Origin: Oikopleura dioica
Lineage: Eukaryota > Animalia > Chordata
DNA length: 64,000 nucleotides
NCBI GenBank assembly: GCA_907165135.1
Contig: OU015568.1
Span: 1,240,001-1,304,000 of the forward strand
Direction: 5' to 3'
Position numbers and translations under genes: made by a program. Positions 46,656 to 55,700 of the stretch are shown here, one piece after another (the first letter of the stretch is position 1; each line of letters begins with the position of its first letter). A model generated the notes under the pieces. The model was not told the origin of the DNA and ran no database searches. It saw only the letters and a program-made list of their open reading frames with translations.

Positions 46656-48210
46656 ATAAAATGAAAAAATAGAACCCTTTTTCATCATTTTTTTTTGCAA
46701 GGTTTGCCTTTTGATTTCGATCATTGAAAATTGATGAGAATTTGAAACGTGGCTTTTTTGATCTTCCCTTGTCGAGGATTTTTCCCTATGCGTCGATTTT
46801 CGTGTCCCGAATTCTTGCATGCATAGTTTTTCCATGGCGGCGAGAAATTTGTCCTGACAAGATTCCAGTCGCGCATCTGACGCGTAACGAGGTCCAGAAC
46901 TTGATCGCCTCTTAGTTTCATGCTTTTAGACGGACTCTTCCCACGTGACCGCCACTTGAATTCTTTTTTTCTGTATTTTTAGCCAATAAATTGCTGTCGA
47001 GTTTTTGAAGGTCGGTTTAGAATGAACTGGCTCGGAAGGGAATTCTAGTGGCGCGCGGATTTATCCACCGAATTCTGATTAAGGTGACCCCTTCGCCAGG
47101 GGATGTAGAGCGGATTGTTCAGAGTATCCCGGAAGCTAATTAGAATTTCCGCAGTCTTCACGTTGTCCAACCAGATTCTGTATTCTAGAGTTCAGGAAAA
47201 TGGAGATTCGAAAGAATCAACTAAAAATTAACCAAAAAAAAAAATTAAAAAAAAAAAACATTTTTTTTGTTCGTCAAAATTAACCCTCTTGACCGAAAAA
47301 GCTATTGATACTTTCCAATACGCTTAAAAATACGGCACACGCCGCTTGTTGAAAAATCCCATGTGAAGGGCAAAGTGTACGATGTCCGGCTTAGGGAGCT
47401 TTTGTATTCCATCCCCTCGTTGAGAGCATGCTAAACCGGACAAGATTGCATCTTGCGATCTTTTCGTGTCTACTTTTTAATCAAAAATAAATGGAGAAAA
47501 TTGGTCTCAATTCAATATCCAGACAAAAAAGGCGCTTCGGTGGAATTGAAAAACCCAGCGTTTAAACTTGAACCGCGAAAACTTTGGCGCGTGGTCGAGC
47601 CACTTTGTGAAAAGTTCCAACGTGAAAAAATACACCGCCCGAGAAATTTTTTGCATATTCGACTATTGTTTTAAGTTCAGAAGCTGCCAAACTCAGCAAG
47701 TAGATTGACTACCTGGTTCTTTCTATCATCACGTGAGTTTTCTTTTTGCGCCGACTCGGCGGGCGCGAAGCATAATGGCCCGACCTTCATCCGCAAGAGG
47801 GCGCGCGGAAAAAGAGGTGGAAGAACGGAAAAGGGGTTGAAGAGCGCTCTGAGCAGGGCGCCGGAGGAGAGTGCGCAGAGGAGCGCAGAGGGAGAACCTC
47901 CATGACTTACTCAGCGGGTGGGCAAGCAAGGGAGGGAGCGCGAAGCCGCCTAATCCCAGCGTGAAGTGTGTCAATCTTTGTTCAAACACCGCCATCATTT
48001 CTGACTGCGTAGTACCCCCCGTAGGAGCTTAATTTCGCTAGACTGATTTTTCGCGCTCATTTTTATAAAAGAATTTATAAACTAGGAAAACTTTTCTAGA
48101 GTGAAATTTTGCGCTGAATCTAAATAAAGAGTCAAAAAGATTTACTTTCGATGATAAAATTTATTTTCAAGTTTTTTTTTGCACAGATAAAGTAGAGAAG
48201 CAGTGGAAAA

Positions 48211-48543
48211 TTAGTGGGAAATAACAAGAACTTGTGGCTGATCGTGTAGTACGGCCTTGGCTTCGGGTTCTTCACTCCTTGCGTCACAAACTTGCAGTTG
48301 AGCACATTTAGTGCCCTTGTTTCTTGAATGATTGCACTCGAGAATGCAGCCCTCTGAGTTTGCTTGCCTTATTCGCATCCGGAACCTCTGGTATTTTCCT
48401 TTAATCTTCTCTCCGTACTGCAGATAAAAAGCGTAGCTTTCTGGTTTTGCTCCTGGGCCGATGTGAAAAATGATAGGTTTATCTTTGGTTCCCGCATCTT
48501 CAGGAATTCGATCAACTTTGTCGTTTAATTCCGTAAAATCCAT
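48211..48543 (-). CDS. Hypothetical ORF, possibly a transposase N-terminal zinc-finger fragment
   Basis: MDFTELNDKV...CILECNHSRNKGTKC, flanked by GC-rich repeat-like DNA. Assignment is tentative. Confidence 0.25.
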   Translation of the reverse strand: MDFTELNDKVDRIPEDAGTKDKPIIFHIGPGAKPESYAFYLQYGEKIKGKYQRFRMRIRQANSEGCILECNHSRNKGTKCAQLQVCDARSEEPEAKAVLHDQPQVLVISH

Positions 48544-48905
48544 GTTCTGTGCGCGATCACTCCTACTTGCCCCTAAAATTGATACAAGCATGGGTAGAAC
48601 AAAAATATCCCGTCCGCCCTGCTGCGCTCACTCCCAGGTGTTACGCTCGCTTAGTGTATTTAGGGTTTATCGCCAACTCATCAGTTCTCCCTGGACTCGC
48701 GAAGTTCGGAGGATTCAGAGTCCTCCGCGCACCCTGCGCCCTCATGCGGGAGTAGGTCGGGCCATTCTGCTCGACATCCGACTCGGCGCCGAGGTATTCT
48801 ACACTAATTTAATACTCATTTTAAAACAAACATTTACCGTTCTTCCGAAAGTCGTTCGATATCAAACCAGAATCTACTAACATCGATTTGCGAGAAGAGA
48901 AAAAA

Positions 48906-49220
48906 ATGACCCCAGCCGGCTGCGAAAAACCCTCAGAGTCTGAGACACCCCTCTCCCGTGAGTGTCTAATGACGATGAGTTTGCTCGCGCTCGCCGGCCT
49001 CACCATCGCGTTCTCGTTTTTCTGCGTTTTTCGATCTGCCTGTAAAAGAACGAGTTCCCGGGATGAGGAACGATTCCGTCGATCCGGTGACTTTCTACTG
49101 TCGAACGAAACTGTCGTCGAGATACACGAACCAGCGGAAAATGAGATCCAACCGACCGCCCCGATGGATTTTTCTGTCGATAAGCCGCCAAGCTATGATG
49201 ACGCTATGGCCAAGGCCTAG
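48906..49220 (+). CDS. Single-pass membrane protein with a C-terminal PPxY motif
   Basis: TM LLALAGLTIAFSFFCVF followed by a cytosolic tail ending PTAPMDFSVDKPPSYDDAMAKA. Confidence 0.6.
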   Translation: MTPAGCEKPSESETPLSRECLMTMSLLALAGLTIAFSFFCVFRSACKRTSSRDEERFRRSGDFLLSNETVVEIHEPAENEIQPTAPMDFSVDKPPSYDDAMAKA

Positions 49221-49794
49221 TTATCCATTAACCTAAAGATCTCTCTCTGTAAAATTGTGCTAATTGATCGAATTCTGTCTTTGCCGATCTGACAATCTGA
49301 ATTAAAACTTGGCTGCGCCAAGTTACTCTTCATTTTTCGGATATTTTAGTTCAATAAATTATTTGTTTTCTATCAAAATGGAAGATAAAATCAAATTTAC
49401 ACAGTGTGATCTCGCCATTAAGCAAAACAAATTTCGCGATGAGTCGCCCCTTAGTCTGTTTTTCAAATTTAAAAATTTTAACAATCCACGACTCACTCAA
49501 ATAGTAAACATACTGTTGTTGGCAGATCAGAATTTAACAGTCCGAATTGGACGGTCCAACTCAAAATTTTGAATAACAAGTGTTCCCAACTTTCTTTTAT
49601 CAAAAAGAGATCAAGCGGTCAAAACAAAACAACCCACTGCTGATGATCTTCCAAGCTACGAAGAATGTGTCAAAACAAAGACCAAAAACTGAAGATGAGC
49701 TAAAAGTTTGCTAATATCAAATGAAATCTTGACTCTCAACTATTTTTTGCAATAAATTTATTTCGTCCACAAATTATGAAGATTTTGAGAAGCA

Positions 49795-49993
49795 CTAAAA
49801 GTAACCAGCAAGAACGCCGTATTCTTTGATTTGATTATAATGATTTCTTACGACATCTGAAAAGAAAATTTTAACAGAAAGAACTAAACAACGACTCACC
49901 TTGATTATAATCCTCTGCTTTATTCAAGATTTCCCAAACATCTTGAAGATGTTTCGAAAAGACAGGGGCGAGAAAAACGAAAGAAAGCTTCAT
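49795..49993 (-). CDS. 51-aa secreted peptide (2 exons), below the ORF-track cutoff
   Basis: MKLSFVFLAPVFS-KHLQDVWEILNKAEDYNQ|DVVRNHYNQIKEYGVLAGYF; a 43-nt GTGAGT...TTTCAG intron (49857-49899) joins in frame. Confidence 0.55.
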
Positions 49994-51670
49994 TCTATTT
50001 TCTTGTAATTTGCTCGACTCAGATGACGAAAATGACAAGTAAAGGTCTATTTCTTGGAGTTTTTAACTGGAGAACTGTCGTTAATATTTTAGTTTTCCGA
50101 TCTCAAAGATGTGGAGCGACACTTTGGAAGCTCCATTTTGAGTCTTTGCTCTAATGTCCGTAATCAACCGAATTGAAAGTTATGTGAGGCCACTGGAAGT
50201 AATGTCTTACCCCGAAGGGTTGTCTTATTGATTTTTTCTCATTTCTGTTGGAATATGTCTTGACTGTTTCCAGCAAAATAGATCAGAATCTTCTTACAGT
50301 ATATTTTCTCAAAATAAGCAATTTGGGTACAGTTATTTTTATCGGTTTTCCGATAAGCATCATTTTTGCAAGTTCTGAAGGCGAACAGCCAAGTTTCGTC
50401 GACTTGAGATAACAGTTTTTAACAAAAAAAAAAACGTAACTGGCTAGGCCACTCGAAATTGCAAGAAAAAAAGCTGCTTATCAAAAAACCGTAAAGTGCT
50501 TAAAACTCATTAGTGATAAAAACAACTGCCCCTTTATTCTACGAAGGCCACTCTGCCAGTTGACGTAACTTTCTGTTGATTTAGCTATCTGCTGAGCACT
50601 AGAATATGGAGAAAAGCGGCCACTTATCGTGACAAATGAGAAGTGTTAGTGACAGGTTTTGCTCAAGGAACATAAATAGCAAGCTAAAAAAATGATTTGA
50701 TTTTTGCGGTTATTTTTATCAATTTGGATGGCGAAATGGCTGTTTTTTTACAAAAGCTCGCCACTGGCAAGTCGCCAGTTTTTCGCCAAAAAAAACGTGA
50801 AAAAAACGAGGCTGTGAAAAAGCATGTTCGATGCTCCGTCAAGCTGTCAGGGCTTATGCGAGAACAAGCGCTAAGTAAGAGTCATTAAGGGTGTACCAAA
50901 GCAGCATCATCGTTTGCCCGCCACGTGCGCTAGAATTCTCTAAAGAGCGTTTTCAGCAAAAATATCAATAAATCCGTTTTTAGTGGAGAATATTTTATCA
51001 GATTCTAACAGACGTAAATTGACAGTCTCTCAGATCCGTTGCGTCATCTCCAGGCCATTTTTGCCCGCTGATAAGAGTATGTACCACTTTAAGGAATAAC
51101 TCTGGCGCTCGGGCTCGGAAATGGGTGCGGAGAATTAGAAGTGGCCGGTCGGAAGATACACGTCTCCGCCCGTCGTCGGCTCATAGAAAACAACTTGATG
51201 GGTACTCAGCCGCAACTTCCTCCACGAACGTCATTTACATGATCAAAAATAGACCATGGAGAGACCATGGAAGAAGGATAATAGAGAAAAATGTCATAGA
51301 ATGCTCTTCGTTCAAGTAACAATTTGATACTTACGAAAACAACATCCTGACAGACCACAGACGTGTCCTAGACAAAATAGCACCCATGTTCTGACCGAAA
51401 AGACAAAAGCGCTTGAATCTCAAATTCACCGCGAAATTCAAGTAAGCTCGGTCAAACAACGGCTCAACATCTCCTACCCAGTCATTTAGTAGTTCTACCC
51501 GGCATGTCTGATCGAAATGTTTTTTGCAAAGTTTCTCATTTATTCAATCTCATTCTTTTTTTCAGTACGAAAATCGCTGCCAGTCGGAGCGCTTCAAATT
51601 TCCAAACTCGTGGTGACCAAGGACGCTGATCCAGAGAAGAATGAAGATCTTAAATTGAGAATGAGGAGTT

Positions 51671-51991
51671 TCAGGGGTCGAAAGAACTTACAATAGCGAT
51701 GTAATCCAGCATCGAATAAATATAATCGCCGATTTTCGCCAAACCCGCGGAGATAACTTCAAAAACTCCATGAAAACTCAAAGACAGAAGAAATTGAAAG
51801 GAGACTGTAAGAAGCAGCAATGAAAAACCGGTGCCAAAGATGATGAAAATCGCCACTTTGAAAAATTTGAGAACATCGTGATCTTGCCCAAAGACTTTTT
51901 CTTTCCTGTCATCGCCTCGTCTCATCGCTTCGGTCATTCCGGGAAGCTTGGAGGGTTGAAATTTCGAGAGGTTCATCGAGTGGCCCGTCAT
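51671..51991 (-). CDS. Small hydrophobic membrane protein (106 aa)
   Basis: Intact ORF from ATG with a long hydrophobic stretch VAIFIIFGTGFSLLLLTVSFQFLLSLSF. Confidence 0.4.
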   Translation of the reverse strand: MTGHSMNLSKFQPSKLPGMTEAMRRGDDRKEKVFGQDHDVLKFFKVAIFIIFGTGFSLLLLTVSFQFLLSLSFHGVFEVISAGLAKIGDYIYSMLDYIAIVSSFDP

Positions 51992-52798
51992 TCTCTTATT
52001 TCACGTCTTACTCTCTCTCTCACTTCTCCCTCTTCTTGAAATTATGAAAATTAGCGGGCTTTTTTTACGACGCACTTTTAGCGAAATTTTGTTCGATCAA
52101 TTTTATTGCCTTTTTACGGTACTCTCCGCACGCTTCTAGGTTTTTTCTTCTTTCAAAATTACAAATTGCCAAAGAAATAATTCAAATTCTCATTTACGCA
52201 CTCGCAATTATCCCGAGCAAATAATCAGAAATTACATCCAAAACTCGGAAGCTAAACGATAATTTTAGAAAGAACCACAAGAAAGGGCCACAAAATCTTG
52301 CTGAGATCATTGTTAAAACAAGGTCTTGTCCCGCGTTGTTTTTGTTTTTGCTCTTGTTATCAAACTTTAAAGTGGCCACAAGGACATGCTTAGGAGCATT
52401 AGGCGAGTTAAGATGCAGATTATTCAATATTTTTATTGTCAATTTTGAGAAGCCTTCTTGTCAAAAATTACCGATAATGAGTTTATTGAACATCGAATGG
52501 CTATTTTATTATGTTGATTTTATTCCTCCACATCTTTAGAGTTGGCATCAGAGTGAGGATATAATTTGGGAGCGAAATACTGTCGTTTAAACTTCAGTAA
52601 TGATGACACATTACCACAAAAATGCTTGTGGTTTCGCTTATAAAAACTGTCAAGGAAGGCAAATGGAATCTTTGCTCGTCATTGATGCTTTTGAAATTTG
52701 CTTTTTAATAAATTTGTGTTTTCGAGACCCCCTTCCACTCATTTCAGTAGTCCTCGATATCGACGAAAACTAGAGACAAGAGAGAAAATAAGAATTGC

Positions 52799-55700
52799 AT
52801 GAAGCTTCTTTTGCTTCAACTCGTGGCGCTATCAACGCAATTAGCGCCACAGGAGTACCTCGATAAATGGGCGAGGAATTTGTTTATTGAGTATACTGTC
52901 GTAAATAATCTAGTGCGGACGACGGAATTTGATTATCCAGCGAATGAGGACGAATCTGCTTTTGAATTTAGAATATCAATCACAAATACTGGAACGGAAG
53001 AGCTCAATCTTCAGCCGCATTGGTCGATCTACTTTTATCACAGGAACTGGTTCTCTTCCTTGATTTCAGGAACCCTGAGATTCAATAGAAACCATGTGAA
53101 AGCGACACGATTCTCAGGGTTAACTCAACAGATCCAATCTACGAGCCTTTCAACATTGGCCAAGGCCTGGAAGTTGCTCATGTTGATGGGCAATTATGGA
53201 CAATCACCCCTGTCATAGGAGAATGGGCCCCGCTGAAGATTGGTGAAATGATTGAAATTAATCTCAAAGCTCTTGGCTGGGTGGTTTCCGATTCCACCAT
53301 CATGCCCAATTGGTACATTGCTTGCGTAGATTATGAAGAGTGCTCGGCGAAGAATCTTGAATCTACAAAAGTAACTGCTGACCGTGGCTTTACGTTCAAC
53401 AGACCAGACTTTGTCACTGAATTCCGCGGCGACAAAATGACAAAACGAGATGTTTTAGACGCATCCACTGTACCTATGGCTCCAGACGTCTGGATGATGA
53501 ACAACAATCTTAAAGTCGTTGAAGATGGAAAATCAGTGGAAAAATATGGCGTGCCGATTCTCCCGGTCCCTTCGTTTATCGAAACAAAACCAAGCACTCT
53601 CGAAGTTCAAAATGGAAAGGAACAACCTAGAAACGGAGTTCCGATCAGTTCGAGAAAATGGATTTATGACTATCAAGAAAATCTCGCTTGCCCAAACCCA
53701 ATTTGCAAGGAATGTTTACCTCAAAGCGGTCAAGGAACTGGTGGAACTCAGTGCAAATGCCAAGTGCTGGAGGAGCGACAAATTGGTGAAAAATGCATCC
53801 CATCGAGTACAACACAATGTTCGACATGGCTTATCAGAGTTGGATATTTGCATGGCGGGGATAAATGGCGACTTGCTACTTCATCTGATATCGTCTTAGA
53901 CATAGCAACCTGTGAAGATATTCCGGAAACCCTAAGCTTCATAACGAAGCTGATTGATAAGGTTCGTGAGACTGATGATGCTATGATCTTTACTGGAACC
54001 ATGTCTGATGCAGGGCCTCGATTTGAGCATAGAGGCGTTTTTATTGATGTCGCGCGAAATTTTTACCAAGCTGGAACAATAAGTTCATTAATGAACATCA
54101 TGCAGAGAGTTAATTTGAATGTTCTGCATCTTAAACTTGCTGATAACGAGGGCTGGCGACTCGAAATTCCAGAACTTCCGAAATTAACTGAGCTTGGAGC
54201 AAGCAGATGTCATGATCCTGCTGGACATAGTTGTCTCATGCCTCAATTAGGAACGGTTCAAATAGTTTATCTCGATTGAAATCAAGGATGAGAATATTCA
54301 CGAGCCGCTTTTAGGTTCTGGTGCCGATGTAGAGTCTCATGGAACAGGACATTTCACAGTTGCGACGTTCAGGGGTCTGCTTGCCGAGGCATCAAGAAAA
54401 GGAATAACCATAATTCCAGAGCTTGGGGCTCCTGGACACTCAAAAGCAGCAGTGAGAGGACAGTTTTAAAAATCATAAATTTTCAATAGGATTAAAATAA
54501 TATATATTTTCGATGTTAAAGAAAATCGATGATGTTGCCGTATTGATAATAAGCGCTACACTTATTTCACTTCCGATAGATACTGAAAGAACGAGTTGAT
54601 AACTTCGCTAAAGTTAACTAAAACTCAATGAAGCGATGGATGAAAGATCTGGTGATTCTTCAAAAGAAGGCGATTTCCGACTCTCAGATCCTGACCAAGT
54701 GGAGCTGTCCGCTGATTCCCATGGTTTCTACAATAACGTCATGAATCCCTGCATCAATGGAACAAGAAACTTTTTGGAAGTCGTAACGAAGAGTCTTTGG
54801 GCAACAATGGAGGATAGTTCTCATAAGATGAAGCATATTCATATTGGTGGAAATCAAGTGAACATGGAAGTGATTAAAAGTAGCCCTGCTTGTCAGGCAA
54901 TAATGGCAGAGCGAAAAATCAATGCTGAGCAGATTCTTCATGAATTCTTCCAGGTAATGGTATTTTTGGGTTTATATTTCAATGATTTAAGTGGTATGTT
55001 ACCATGACTTCCAATGTCGGATTCCAGATCCATGCTTGGCAAGATATTTTCACTTATGATGATGAAAAAACAGGCTACAAAGAGGTCTACCCGGTCGATG
55101 AATGGGAACTGGCAAATGGAACTTCAATCACTGCTTATCATCATCGAAGTCGATGGAATACTTCAGGTGAAATATTCTAGAAGTTTTCCCAACAAACCAT
55201 TTTAGTTTCTTTCCGTAAATACGTGGTATATTGTAAGTTTTTATTGATCGTAACAATGAGTCAAATCATTATACTATGTCCGAAACAAGGACTCTGTTTT
55301 CGTCATGACTTTACTTTAGTCTACAAAAAAAGCTCAATATAAATCGCAAACTAAATTATGAATAAGAAACGGAGGTTGGTCATCTTCTCGCAAACGCTGG
55401 CTACAGAACCGTCCTGATGCCAACGACTCATCTCAATTTTGATGCTGCGCAATCTCCTGATCCTCAGATGCGAGGATCCATGAACGATGCTCGGTTTTCC
55501 GATCTTGTCAAAGTCTTTAGCTTCCGCCCTCTCAATTTCTACGAAAATGCTTTGTATGACTTTTGGGGAAATCGACAAAACAGTAAAGTAGAAAGTTTCT
55601 ACCAAAAATACTCCGTGTCGGGGAATCGAACCCCGGTCGCCCGCGTGACAGGCGGGAATACTCACCACCAGGGATGTGCCTTCGCAGTGCGGATTCCGCA

